Positions 41,540-59,600 of a DNA stretch of 64,000 nucleotides are shown here, in pieces (position 1 is the stretch's first letter; every line of letters starts with the position of its first letter). Source of the stretch: the human T2T-CHM13v2.0 reference genome, Homo sapiens; assembly GCF_009914755.1 (NCBI RefSeq), contig NC_060926.1. One strand, 5' to 3'. The notes under the pieces are model-generated. The model had not been told where the DNA came from, did not search any database, and worked only from the letters and a program-made list of their open reading frames with translations. Made by a program: the position numbers and the translations under genes.

Positions 41540-43002
41540 TTGCTGATATGGAGAAAGTCTTAGGGAACTGGATATAAAGGTCAAACCAGCCACAGCATTC
41601 CCTTAAGCCAAAGCCTAATTCAGAACGAGGCCCTAACTCTCTTGACTTCTATAAAAGTTCAGAGGTGAGAAAGCTGAAGAAGAAACTTAGAAGCTAGCAG
41701 AGGTTGGTTCATGCGGTGTAAAGAAAGAAGTCATCTCTATAACATTAAAGTACAAGATGAAGAAGCAAGTGCTAATGTAGAGGCTTCAGCAAGTTACGCA
41801 GAAGATCTAGCTGAGATCATCGATAAAGGTAGCTATACTAAGCAACAGATTTTCAATGCAGACAAAAAAGCCTTATATTTAAAAGTGATATCACCTAGGA
41901 CTAACTAGAAGTGAAGAATTCAATGCTTGGCTTCAAAGCTTCAAAGGACAGTCTGACTCTGTAGTTAGGGATTAATGCAGTGAGTGACTAGAAGTTGAAG
42001 CCAGTGTTCATTTGCTATTCTGAAATGCCTAAGCCCTTTAATAGTTATGCTAAATCTACTCTGCTATGCTCTTGAAATGGAACGACAAAGCCTGAATGAC
42101 AGGGAATCTGTCTATAGCATGGTTTGATTGCTTTAAGCACATTATTGAGACCTACTGCTCAAAAAATAAGATTCCTTTCAAATAATTTATCTGGTTACCC
42201 AAGAACTCTCAGGGAGGTATGCAAAGAGATTAATGTTGATTTCATGCCAATTAACAAAACATCCACTCTGGATCAAAAAGTAATTTCAATTTTCAAGTCT
42301 TCTTATTTAAGAAATGCATTTCATAAGCCTTTAGCTGCCATAGATGGTGATTTATTTAATGGATCTAGAAAAAGGAAATTGAAAACCTTCTGGAAAGAAT
42401 TCACCATTGTAGGTGCCATTAAGATCATTCATGTTCCATGGGAGGTCAGAAGAGCACAGTTAAAAAGACAACAAATTATTCTGAATGTTACATAAACTTA
42501 GTTGATCAAGCAGTTGTAGGGTTGGAGATAATTGAATCCAATTTTGATAGAAGTTCTACTGTGGGTAAATGCTATCAAACAGAATTGCATGCTATAGAGA
42601 AATCTCTCATGAAACGGTCAGTTGATGTGGCAAAATTCCATTTTTTCTTATTTTAAGAAATTGCCACAGCTATCTGAATCTTCAGAAACTATCACCATGA
42701 TCAACACAGTCAGCAACCACCAGTATCGATGCAAGACCCTCCACCAGCAAAAAGATTATAGCTCACTGAAGGCTCAGATTATTATTAGCATTTTTAGCAA
42801 CAAAGAATTTTTAATTCAGGTATATACATTGTTTTATTAAAAACACAATACTATTGCACACTTAATGGACTATATTATAGTGTAAAGACTATATTATAGT
42901 GTAAAGGTAATATTTATATGCACTAGGAAATCAAAAATGTGTGTAACTTGCTTTATTGCAGGGGTCTGGAACTGAACCTGTAATATATTTGAGGTATTAC
43001 TG
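41540..43002 (+). mobile_element. Tigger1 DNA transposon, 5'-truncated, with pogo-family transposase pseudogene
   Basis: Peptides [47 protein letters not shown] and DQKVISIFKSSYLRNAFHK..LKTFWKEFTI; right TIR aatatatttgaggtattactg. Confidence 0.92.
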
Positions 43003-43027
43003 CATTCAAGACTTAAGCAAAAAGAGC

Positions 43028-45843
<2,816 letters not shown>

Positions 45844-47099
45844 AGAATATCCTTAGCACCCCAGATGGCTACTTTGTGACCTTTCCCAGGATATTTAAAA
45901 AAAAAAAAAAAAGGTTTAAGGATGAGGGAATGGTGTAGGTTAGCTTACTAAAGGAACAGATGATGGAAAGCAAATTAACAACCAGTTTTATTCCATTAGA
46001 AAGTAACTCTGAAACATAAAAGTGTATAGTATTGCCATATTTTATTCCAGAGCAAATTTTATGATCACTCTACCATTTGGAAGTCAAGGATATATAGGGC
46101 CCAAGATTCAAAGTGCAGAGCTGAACATGGAAAAGGAATAACTCAATGAATAAAAACTGTAATTTTAGCATGTAGGATAAACATTTCAGCAAGCAAATAT
46201 TGTTCTAAGGAGCAAGAAATATATTGCAGCAAGTGGAATCTTCTCAAATGCCATCCAAGTAGTTGTGCATTGGAAAAGAACAAGCTTGAATTCTATGTAA
46301 TTTGAAAAAGCACAAACAGTTTTATAATATTGCCTGAATTACTGCAGTCAGATGGGAACCTCCTTCAGAAATTGATGACAATATAAACATATCCATCTCT
46401 GTCCCCTATGATGCAGTAGGTAAAAATATTGTGAATATCAAGATCATTAATAATAATTTTCAAGTTATTGGAATGCAGAAAAGATGACACAATTCAGCTT
46501 TGCCACGATATAAAATATGAAAAATTGGGACACAGAATCGATAGAAAAGGATGCCCTATCAGATATTATTGCTGCCAACGAAATGATATTCAGTTAGATT
46601 TGAAAGTATTAGGTGATAATAGAATCAGATAAATGTCATAAAATGGTCAACTTCCATTATCTGTCAGTGGAGGAAATGGTGATGCAAATAACTGGAATAA
46701 AACAAATTTCTAACCGCTCTGCCTGTGCGTATTCTGCATTTAGCCACCAAGGATTCATACAAAGGTATATAAGAGGAAAAACAGCAGAGTTTATAATGTT
46801 AAACAATGCCATTTACTCAGCCTTTTTTTTTGCAAGAAGTTAATGAGCCAAATATATAGTTTTATTCTTTTAAAAGAGCTAGATTTTAATTTGAAGTTTG
46901 TTGATTACTATAGGGTTTTTGTAGTAATAGATATGAAAATACATGTGTACTGTTGGTGACTTATTTGAACCAGTTTATCTTATTCCATACGTCATTATAC
47001 ATTTGATTTGAGGCAATATGCAGAATAAATTCAAGTGTGCAATAATTGGTCAAGTGCGATAGGAACAATTTTACTGGTAAACTATAAAAAAGAGTCAAA

Positions 47100-47310
47100 A
47101 TAATGGTGATAAGAATAAGATTTTTCTATGAGATGGGGCCTTCTTTGTGCCAACCAACATTGTAGTAGGTCTATGTATATATTATCTCACTTAATTTTTA
47201 GAACAATCATGTCTACTTTGTGTGCTAGCTTCAATTTGCAGATGAGGAGATGGAAGCCTAGCGAAAATAAGTATCATGTGCAAAACTGAATAGTTGGAAA
47301 AAACTAATAC
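47100..47310 (-). mobile_element. MIR remnant
   Basis: attatctcacttaattttta..tttgcagatgaggagatggaagcc. Confidence 0.6.
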
Positions 47311-47699
47311 TGATATAAAACAGGATTTTTACCCACTACAGAATATCCAGCGTCAAAATACCACAAATATTTATCTATTGAGGTGAATAAAACAAAATAA
47401 TAATTTCAAAAGAAAAGATAAGCATCACTGAAGAAGTAAAAAAAAATTGGAAAACATATGTTACTGGCATGGGTAAATTTTAATATATTCTTGGCATTTT
47501 CTACATAAATTGATAAAAATCTAACAACTCTGATATTTTTATATGGTATAGACTTCAATAGTATTCAATGTAAATATCTAACAACTCTGATATTTATGGC
47601 ATAGACTTCAATAGTATTCAATGTAAACAATTTTAAAGGAAAAGAAGCAAATTTGATAAATTAGGTGTTTAAAAATGTGTTCCCAGATTTATTGGGTGA

Positions 47700-47782
47700 C
47701 ATATTAATATTTTTGGACTATGGTTAACTGCTGATATCTGAAACCATAGAAAGCAAAACTGCCAGTAAGTGGGGACTAATGA
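47700..47782. mobile_element. MER44 terminal fragment
   Basis: ctgaaaccatagaaagcaaaactgccagtaagtggggacta resembles the MER44 end. Confidence 0.55.
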
Positions 47783-48017
47783 ACTTAAGTCAGAGTTTTA
47801 TAAACATGAACTTTGTATTGAAATAATGTAGCTGAGTGAAAGATTTTTTTCACAGTCTTTTTGCTATTAATTTTCTTCCTTGCTATATAAGACAATGTGG
47901 ATATTCTTCTCTGTTTAGATAAGTCAATAAATTATAAGCCTATAAACAAACAGGTATCCATATATTGGACCCAAATTGTAAAATTTCATCTCTTTCCCTT
48001 ACCCCACCCTGTGTGTG

Positions 48018-48019
<2 letters not shown>

Positions 48020-48051
<32 letters not shown>
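48020..48051. repeat. (CA)n microsatellite
   Basis: About 15 CA units. Confidence 0.95.
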
Positions 48052-48054
<3 letters not shown>

Positions 48055-48859
48055 TTATTTACATACATACACTTATATGTATACATATGTATTTTTATTT
48101 TTTTTTTTTTGGTTCACGTAACATGCTTAGAGCTTAACATAAAATTGCTTAATTTCTCTTTAAAACTTGTTCATAAGTTTAATTGGCTAACATGCTCTAT
48201 CTGGAACACTGGTAAATGGCATAAGGATATATTACTGTTACATGTGTTTAGAGCAATAAAATAAATCTGCTCTAAGTTACTATTGAGATACTATTAACAA
48301 GTTAGGCTAGGGCCAAATTATGAGGAATGTGAAATCTATGATTGAAAATTATGTAGAATGTTCTGCAGGCAAGTGGGATCCATGCAAAGGTTATGAGGAA
48401 AGTTCTGACATAATGAATTTTGTTATATTTATGTGTTTTATCTTATGATGAAGATTACAACAAGTGAAACAGGTGTAATAGTCTGACAACCTAGGCTTTA
48501 ATGCTGCTCCCAGAAATGTGTCATGTTCCTGGATCTTTTTTTTTTCTTTACTGGGGAGGAGCTATGGAAGGATGATGCTCAAATTAGAAATAAGAAACAA
48601 TTATACTTCCTTAAGCAACATTGATATGAGGGATGTGGTTATAAAAATAATCAGTGTTGGAGAAGCCTTCAGTAAAAACTATCCTCATGATAGAAACAGT
48701 TTTTATGTACAAGAAGGGGAGGAGAAGTTTCAAAGTTAAATTTAAGGACATTTTCTATTGTGAGATGATATATTCAAGAACGTTCAGGGAAAAGGTTTGG
48801 ATAGATGGGATGAGGTGAAAGTGTATGTGTGTGTGTATATATATAAATGTATGAGAATA

Positions 48860-50915
<2,056 letters not shown>

Positions 50916-51164
50916 GAACTACTGCAGCAAACTAGTATGTATGGTAACTTTACTAATGCTTTATTTAAAATTTGCTAAATGAAAGGCTGCATTTCCCATA
51001 GCAGCCTCCAAGATGGTTCCCAGTGATCCCTACCTGGCTCCTGGTATTCACACTCCTGTCCCTCAAAGCATCAGAATCGATCTGTGCAACCAATAGTATA
51101 TGGCAGAAGTCTTGGTGTGTCACTTCCAGGATTAGGTTATATAAGATACTGGTGCTTCCATCAT

Positions 51165-51895
51165 TGTTACTATGTCAGAGGTCTCTAAAACTGGCTCCAG
51201 ATTTGCTTATTCAGTAGAAGAACTCACAGGACTCAGTATACAGTTGTATTTATGGCTAAGATTTATCAAAGCAAAATAACACGCAGCAAAATTAGTAAAG
51301 AAAAAAAGGCCATGGGATGAAGGCTTAAAGAAACCAGGTGCAAATTTTCAAGAGTTGTCTCCTAGTAGAGTCACACAGGACATACTTACTTCTTCCTGCA
51401 ATGAACTGTGACAACACATGAGTGTTCACTACGAGGAAAGATTCAGTATGTAAGGTTTTCATTGTAGGCTGGGGACACAGGCAGTCTCTAACTAACACCT
51501 AAATTCCAGATATCCAGAAGGAAAGCAGGTGTTCAGCATAAACCATACTGTTTACACAAACAGTTTTAGGCACAATAAGCTACCGGTACTTATCATTTTC
51601 TCTTTCTTTATTTTCCTTTTGGGAAACACTCTTCTAAGTTTCTCACTTCATTTGGTTCTAGAGGTGCTGATCCTATCCCCTGGCTCTAGGGCATATGACC
51701 AAGGTGGGCCAGCTACGGCCATACCACCCTGAACGTGCCCGATCTGGTCTAGTACTTATCATTTATGTAAAAAGTCATCGTAGTATAGAGAACTGATTAG
51801 CAGTCACATTTCCAAATGCCAGCCATGGACCAAAACTTCCAGGCAGGCCTTTCTAAGGATTGCAGTCTTAGAACTGCTATGTTAAATCTTCTGCA
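51165..51895. mobile_element. MER21-like LTR
   Basis: agaactcacaggactcag..gaaaccaggtgcaa..ccagaaggaaagcaggtgttcagcataaaccata..gcaggcctttctaagga. Confidence 0.75.
51713..51750 (+). pseudogene. 5S rRNA pseudogene fragment (nt 3-40 of 5S)
   Basis: ctacggccataccaccctgaacgtgcccgatctggtct matches human 5S nt 3-40 (as recalled) at 36/38; both mismatches are at CpG cytosines; internal Pol III A/C boxes absent. Confidence 0.92.
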
Positions 51896-52198
51896 AAGTC
51901 ATCCTTTCTCTTCAATCAATCACTTGAGGGGAAGCCAGCTGTCATGTTGTACGCAGAGCTATGTCCTGCCTATGGTGAGAAACAGATGTCTGCCAACAAC
52001 TGTGTGTGAGTTTGGAAGTGGATTAGTAAAGTTATAGATGAAGGCAACCTTGGCTGACAGCTGGACTGCACCCTCATGAGATACTGTGCCAGATCGACCC
52101 AGCTAAGCTTCGTCTAGATTCCTGACCATCAGAAAATATATGTGATAGTGAATAGTTTTGTTTTAAGCTGCTAAGTTTTTGCATAAATTATTATATAG

Positions 52199-52991
52199 TG
52201 TTGAGAGATTAATAATTTCCCCACTCAAAGATGTCCACATTCTAATCTCTGGAATCTTTGAATACGTTACTTCATGCGGAATTTGCAGATGCAATAAAGA
52301 TTTTTTTTTTTTTTTTTTTTTAGATGGAGTTTCGCTCTTGTTGCCCAGGCTGGAGTGCCATGGCGTGATCTTGGCTCACTGCCACCTCTGCCTCCAGGGT
52401 TCAGAAGATTCTTCTGCCTCAGCCTCCTAAGTAGCTGGGATTACAGGTTCCCATCACCATGCCCAGCTAGTTTTCTAAATTTTTAGTAGAGATGGGGTTT
52501 CACCATGTTGGCCAGGCTGGTCTCAAACTCCCGACCTCAAGTGATCCATCGGCCTCCTAAAGTGCTGGGATTATAGGCGAAGTTAAAGATTGTAAATGGG
52601 GAGACAATCCTGGATTATATGCGTGAGTTCAATATAATCACAAAGATCTTTATACTAGGGAAGGAGGCAGAGTAGTAGGAGACTTGATTATACAAGAAGT
52701 GTTAGGATAAGGAAGCGAGAGAAGGACTTGACTGGCTATTATCACCTTTGAAGATGGAGGAAGCCCCATGGACCAGGAGATGTGGGCAGCCTCTAGGAAC
52801 TTAAAAAGGCAAAGAAATGGATTATCCCCTGGAATCTCTAGAAGGAATGGAGGCCTGCAAACACCTGGATTTTAGGTGAGTGAAAATGATATTGGACTTT
52901 GGCCCCTCACTGCTGTAAGATAATTTGTTGCTGTTCTTTTAAGCTACTATGTTTGGGGAAATATGTTACAACGACAATAGGAACTAATACG
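52199..52991 (+). mobile_element. MLT1D/E-like solo LTR containing an Alu
   Basis: tg..aaagatgtccacattctaatc..ggaactaatac; TSD tatag (52194-52198) / tgtag (52992-52996). Confidence 0.8.
52301..52579 (-). mobile_element. AluSq-like, slightly 5'-truncated
   Basis: Poly-T and antisense Alu; taaagatt on both flanks. Confidence 0.93.
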
Positions 52992-53019
52992 TGTAGCAGT
53001 AAATAAAGAATACTTGAGG

Positions 53020-53365
53020 ATATATCATTGCACAAAACCTATTGCTCTCAAGGAATTTACATTCTAATGGGAGAAAAAGGTATATATATGAGAAAATATA
53101 TATCAAATGATTATTAGTCCTACAAAGAAAAGTAAAGCAGGGTGAGGAGAATAGAGCAGGCCTGATACAAGTTGTTGAGAAAAAGCCTACTTTACCAGAG
53201 GATGCATAAGTTAAAAACTGAAGGAAGTGAGAAAACAAGTCTTTTGTGTCTCTGGAATAAGAATGATTCAAGCAGAGGGGGACAAGCTCAAATACTCTGA
53301 GATGCAAGCAGGTTGGATGTGTTCTAGGAACATCTGAGGGGGACAGTGTGGCTGGACCTCATGGG
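53020..53365 (-). mobile_element. L2 remnant
   Basis: tgctctcaaggaatttacattctaatgggaga..aagcagagggggacaagc..ggacagtgtggctgga. Confidence 0.65.
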
Positions 53366-53419
53366 TAAGCAAGATGGAATATGGCACAAGAGCACTAAAC
53401 CCTATATGGACTGTGCATA

Positions 53420-53984
53420 AAGTTCTTTCACTTTCTTCACTACTGCACTGATAAGAGATTCATTCTTACCAGAGATCTTGGCAACCTCAGCATATGATTT
53501 TTGTCCTTCCTTGTTGAGTCAAGAACTTGTGCCTTTTCACTTGAAGAAAGCACTTTTGGCTTTTCTTTGTTATATCTGAATTTTCAGCATCACTACTCTT
53601 GTGCTTTGAGGCCATTATTAAGTAAAATAAAGAACCCTTATTTTATTTAATATCTGCACCAAGATACTGTGACAGTTGATCACCCAGAAGACTACTGACC
53701 AATGGGAAGGGAGCAGATACATGGTGGAGATGCTGGTCCAGGGGATCATTCACCTCCTGGGTGGGATGGAGCAGGCTGACCTGAGATTTTATCACACTCT
53801 TCAGAATAGCACATAATTTACAACTTACAAATTGTTTAAAAAACATTTTTTAAAAATAATAAAACAAAAAACCCTCATAAACGATTCATTTTTGTCATCT
53901 CCCGTTTGATATTTTCAGGCTACAGTTGATACAGGTAACTGAAACTGTATAGAAAGAGATCATGGAAAAGGTGGGTGCTGCTGT
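53420..53984. mobile_element. MER44B/C (Tigger7 family) DNA transposon
   Basis: cagcatcactactcttgtgctttgaggccattattaagtaaaataa..ggtaactgaaactg..ctgctgta. Confidence 0.8.
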
Positions 53985-55179
53985 AAGACGAATTTTCAAA
54001 AAACAAAACTATAATGTGAGAATTTCAGAAAAATAAAACGTGTCATCTGGGTGGGGGATAATTTGGAAATAGAGTTTTGTTCCTACATTTTTATGTCACA
54101 CTGCCCAGGAAATGGCTTCATATATTTATCCTGAAATATTATCTCTGGAACACTGTCATGACTAAGCTTTAGTTGGGAAAGGAAAAACACAACATGAGAA
54201 TTGACGTGGACAAGACAACCCAGGACCTGCGTTCACATCCATGACTTTCAACAGTTTATCTCACTGGCCTCAATTAACCCTCTGTGAAGTAAAGACCCCA
54301 TGGTATTTACTTGGACCCCAAGCATCATTGGACCCCATGGTGTCTGAGATTCCTACTAGTTATATAATTATGTGGAGCATCAGCTTTCTCTTTTCTACAA
54401 GGAAAATTTAAACTTTATTGTGAAAAAGTCATGTTCCTTTGAGGTGTGATTTCACTTTCATTTTATTATAATCCTTTCCATAGAGAGGAGGTTTATTTTT
54501 CACAGTAAATGCTTCCTTTATATGCAATTCAATCTTTTAGAAGCACGGAGAAACTGGGGGGAGCAATCACTGTAATATTTTAAAACAAATATTTAAAATG
54601 TTCAGATTGCCCCTGTCTCTTCAAATTACTGTTTTAGCCTACTTCAAAATGTATACTTTGATCGATTGTCAGAAAAATTATACTGTACTGTAGTTACTCA
54701 GAATCCCACTCCTTTGTGCACTGTGTCATGTGAGGAGTCGTGGCCACTGAAGCATAGTCAGGAAGCAAATTACTTTCGTCTTTGTTCATCCAAAATGCTT
54801 AAATTTGAGCTATGTTTTTCAGTGCAAAAATTCCTGGAAATGAATCAATTCTAGCAGATCTTGTAGAATCATAATTCTGAAAAGTGCTTGAGCAGTTATT
54901 TCATTTTGTCAGGGATGGAACAAAGGCATAGGAAGATTAAGAGATGTATTTCAGGTATCCTCGTTAGAGCTAGGACTTGACTTCAAGGCTTGGGACTTGC
55001 CGACCATGGCCCTTGTCTGGCTTTATGCCTGGTCAGACCTCAACAACTTCGAGCATATGGAATGTCACTTGTTATTTTCTCTATTAACCATTTTTAGAAA
55101 ATTTTAAATTATAGTAGGACACCAATTAATACCTGTAGAGGAACTGATAAACTTAAAACATCAATATTTTATAATTATT

Positions 55180-55860
55180 ATAATAATTTAGGCAAGAATC
55201 ACCAGTGGATGTTAAAATTAACAAGTGGACACTGAATGAGGAATAAGATATTCATGTAACATCAAACTATCTCCCCACAAATTACCTATTAATAAAAGGA
55301 AAAATAGTAACCATATAGTGAAGAAACCTGGCAGATAACATTTTTAACCAAGTGATCAAAGTTAACACCATGAATAATGTGACTTTTATGATGTCCTTGA
55401 CAAAAAATGCTTAACTTGAATCTAGTCATGAGGAAACATCGGATAAATCCAAAGTTGGGAACATTCTACAAAATTGATCTATTTAAAAATACCAGTGTCT
55501 TGAAAGACAAAGAGAGGCTATAACTGTTTCATATTAAAAGAGGCTATAGAGAAATGACAGTGTAGCTCTCAGGTTCTCAATTATATCCTATATAGAAAAA
55601 GATTATGAAAGACAATACTGGGAAATCCGGTGAATCTTGAAGATGGACTGATAATAGCATTATCAATATTAAATTTTATTTTGATAACTGTAGTTATATA
55701 AAAAGCATGTTCTTAGAAAATAATTTGTGTAGGGAGGGTGTAGAGAGAGAGGTAGCATGCATTGTGTCAAAATATTAATTGTTGAACCATGGTACATAGA
55801 AGCTATTCATGCCATTCTTGCAAATTTACATTTAAAATTTTCTCAGAATAAACAAAAATT
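55180..55860 (+). mobile_element. L1MC4/L1ME-like 3' end
   Basis: gaagaaacctggcagata..aaccaagtgatcaaagttaaca..tctagtcatgaggaaacatc. Confidence 0.7.
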
Positions 55861-55949
55861 AACCAAAGCTCTCAAATTGCAATAGCAATGTGATTTTTTT
55901 GTAACAAATGAAATTCTCCAAAAATGTATAAAAAGAACATTTTTAAATT

Positions 55950-56660
55950 CTCTCTAATCACCTTCCTCTATTCTTTTCCTGATAGTAAATATAAGCAGAA
56001 AAGTTACATCCTTCCACATCTTATGACATGCTCATCCAAATATATGCATAGATGTTCGTATGAATGCATACGTATTTTTGTTGTCACAAATAATTGTTTG
56101 CATGTTACTCTGTAATGTGAATCAATATATAAAAAATGTCTGTCTTGCTTAATACATACAAAAATAGCTTCTTGGCCTCACTAGTTGCTTAATATCTCAG
56201 AGTATGTGATCCACTCATTATCCAACCATTTCTTTAGCTGTTTGAAATTTGCTAACCATTTTCCACTCCCACAATGCTGCGGTAAATATTGTTGTGTTTA
56301 TATGTGTGTACATATATAAATTTAAATTACATATATGTATTGTGTATATACATATATACACACACACACCTAGACCTAGTACTTCTTTAATTAAAATAAC
56401 AGAGACTTCCAAATAATCAGGATGAGTAAAAATGTATACTTCCATGAATGTTACCATATTATTCTCCAAATTTTAAGAGTTCACAATTTCCATTTAAAAT
56501 ATATGAAAGTTTGAATTTCTTGTACCCTAAAAACACTGGAAATTTTCACAAATTTTCTGCCCATGTACTACTTTATAACAATGAATATTGTATCTGCCTT
56601 TTTGTTTGTTTTCCTGATTTCATATATTTCTAAATATGCTTGGTGTTTGCATATATTTAA
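55950..56660 (-). mobile_element. Very old L1ME-like 3' fragment
   Basis: acaatgctgcggtaaatattg, ccatattattctccaaa motifs; strongly decayed. Confidence 0.45.
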
Positions 56661-59600
56661 TTTTTAAAACAAGAAAAAAAAACAGCAGAAAAAAGATAAA
56701 CAATATGACAGTTGATAATAACACTGAAATAATTATTGAATATGTATCTTTAATGTTTATTAATATGAAAATATATTTCCTGTGAAGGATTTATTTCTTC
56801 CACTATTGCAAGACTGCCAGCTTCATTAAAGAAATAAATTTTTATCTTTGCTTCTTCTTTTGTTTTTTTATTCTCTATAACTGAACTTCCTTTCTTCACA
56901 AGTCAACCCATCTCAGTTACATAGAAACCTGTGCACTCAAACTTTGTGGTTCTTCCTGGCATATTGAGATTAGCTTGGACTGACCTCAGGAACTCAATTC
57001 TGGCTGCTGCTCATAGTGAACCTCTAGGGTTTTACTTACATCAACCTTGGCTAAACTTGACTCTTTAGGGCTTAGTTCACAGAGTCTCAAGCTTTGGTCT
57101 CCAGAAAAACAAGCAGAGAAGTGTTTGTTTTTGTTTTTGTTGACTGTTTTTCAATACCACACGTAGAACCTACTTTCTAAACTACTGAAACAAAGGCTTT
57201 AGGGGTAGAACTTAGTCATATAACTTTTGAAAATATTATGAGATTCATAACTGCTTTGATATTTGTGTGACCATACTCATTAATTATAAATGCTCTGTGC
57301 TGTCTTACGTTTTACATTTACAACTATTATATAACTTATTCACTCATGAACACATTTTTATGGATCGTCTATTAAAGACTAAAGGGAGCCTTTGTCTTTC
57401 AACTTTCACACAAGAATGCTTCTCAAGCTCTTTGTGGTGGAAGACAAGTTTTTGTTCCTAATCTTTTAAGTTTCCAGTTAATCACTGGCCTATACATGCT
57501 GTTTACATTCCATATCATTCAGCACATAAGTTCAACCGCACCTGAGCGGGTCTATAACAAGGAGCCTCATTTGAATGTTGCTGCAATGTGCTTTTCAAGG
57601 GTCACTATCAATTTCTGACCTTGTCTCCTTGTTGACGCTTGAAACTTCGAGGGTCAGTACTAAGGGCCACACACCACACTGGGAGTCCCACACCATGAAG
57701 AATGATTGAACTGAAAGATTTGCTAATCTAAACCCCTCTGTTTACTTCGAAACATTTGGCTGCTTTAATCTCCTCCTTGTCATTACCTTCCACCCATTTT
57801 TCTATCCTTATTCAATTTCCCCTAATATAGAATTAAACAATTATACTGAAAATAAAAAATTGATAGGATAATACAGAAAATGTGAGTGGAAAACAACAAT
57901 AGCAACTACCCAACCCAGAAAATTATATTCTTCTACCAATTCCTCTCTGATTACTAAAAAATAAAAAATATTAATAGCGTTTATTGTTCTCCAGCTAGAC
58001 ATATACATGAAACCCCATTCACAAGCTAGAAATATTCAACAATTAACACATATAATAGATGTGTTAGGACTACAGGAGCCAGTGATAATTGAAAGGGATT
58101 CATATCTGCCAAGTTTTACATCTAACTTGTAGAGTTTTTTTTTTTTTTTTATTTTTTAAATAGAAGCTGATTCTCTCAGTAAGACATTTGTATGACAAAG
58201 ACACTCAAGGGGAGAACAGAGAATGTAGAATGTAAAAGCATTATAGCACATTAGCCTTTCTCTATGATGTTTATAATACCTACCTGCACAAAAATACCTA
58301 GCTTACATTCTATTAGTAGTAGTATAGGAATTATTATTTTTTCCTTTTTTATTTAAAATCTTATATAAACCCTTGCATATTTCCTAGTTTATTGACGATT
58401 CCTGGTACATGCTGAGTGACTGACTGAATATTTACATTAGACAATAAATATCTACTAACTTTGTAGAATATACCCATTGTTGCCTATGCAAAACCTTTCC
58501 CCTATTTCTCATTACCCAAACCCTAATTGTGCTGAGATATTTTTCTCTTAGAGAAATTTAAATCACAGGTGGGTATCCTTTGTTAATGCTGGATGGTGGG
58601 TATATGACGTAGTTTTGGCTTATGAAATGTGATAGAAAAAAGGGGGTTTTAGAGGGTTTCTAAGAAAGGATTACTCACTTTTAAAGAAGGGACACCTTGG
58701 CAAAAACAGATTTTTTTCACTTAATATTTTCAAATTTGCAAATAATGCCTATAAATACAACTGTGATTTCTCATGAAGAAATCCAACATATGAAGTATGG
58801 CAGAACAAAACCGTGGCAAAGCTAGGTTTTTGATTACCTCATTTTACCAGTTAAACAATTCCAGAGCTGTTTTATTCCTGGACTTTATAGGAGTGAATTA
58901 GTTATGTCCTATTGCTTAGTTAGGTTGCAACTAAAATCATCCATGCTCATCACTACTTTAGGCATCGTGAAAAATATTTGAAATAGATACCACCTGGAAC
59001 TTCTGAAATTTGCATTCTGGTGCTACTTCTCCGTGTCTTCAGTCCTAGTTATAATTCATATTTCTTGATATTACTTCTCAATATCAAATTAGGATTTAGC
59101 AGTGATTAGCAATAATGTTGGTTATATAAAAATGGATTATATTTTCAAACGAAGTTTAAACAGGGTTACTCTTCCATAAGTCTGTAGTTTGGTCAGAAAT
59201 TTTAAGGATTATGTGAGATAAATTTCTTTATAGTTTCATTAAACAGTTTATTGCCCAGAGGGAGAAACCCAGCAACAGGGTTTGGCTTTTGTTTCTGATG
59301 AGTGTTCACTATGTAATGTGGTGAAAGTTTGCATCTATGCATAACTCTCTTTGGATCTTAATGGATTCTGAAAACAGTTATTAGGAAAGCACATCCAAAA
59401 TTACTGCTGAAAGTCCCTTAGAAATGCCCAGTGCTACGAGGGTTAAGCTGAACTTTGAAAGGCATTTACTTATAATGTTCTACGAAGGCATGCATTAAAA
59501 TAAATAAAATTGACCTATTATGCAATCAACATTAATCAAATGTAAGAGGTTACAAAGGGAATAATTTACGGCACATATTGGGAAATAATTTGAGATTTTT

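Larger units (their letters stand above)
50995..52198 (+). mobile_element. MLT1F/G-like MaLR LTR, interrupted by a MER21-like LTR
   Basis: cagcctccaagatggttcccagtgatccc start; resumes near 51900 with gaagccagctgtcatgttg..cccagctaagc..attcctgacc. Confidence 0.7.

Noticed and set aside
42868-42905. 19-bp tandem duplication gactatattatagtgtaaa in Tigger1
   Set aside because: Ordinary slippage duplication
51713-51750. Functional 5S rRNA gene
   Set aside because: Only 38 of ~120 nt; internal promoter and terminator absent
58475-58945. Possible LTR33/LTR16-like ancient LTR
   Set aside because: Only vague resemblance at the ends; cannot be supported without a profile search
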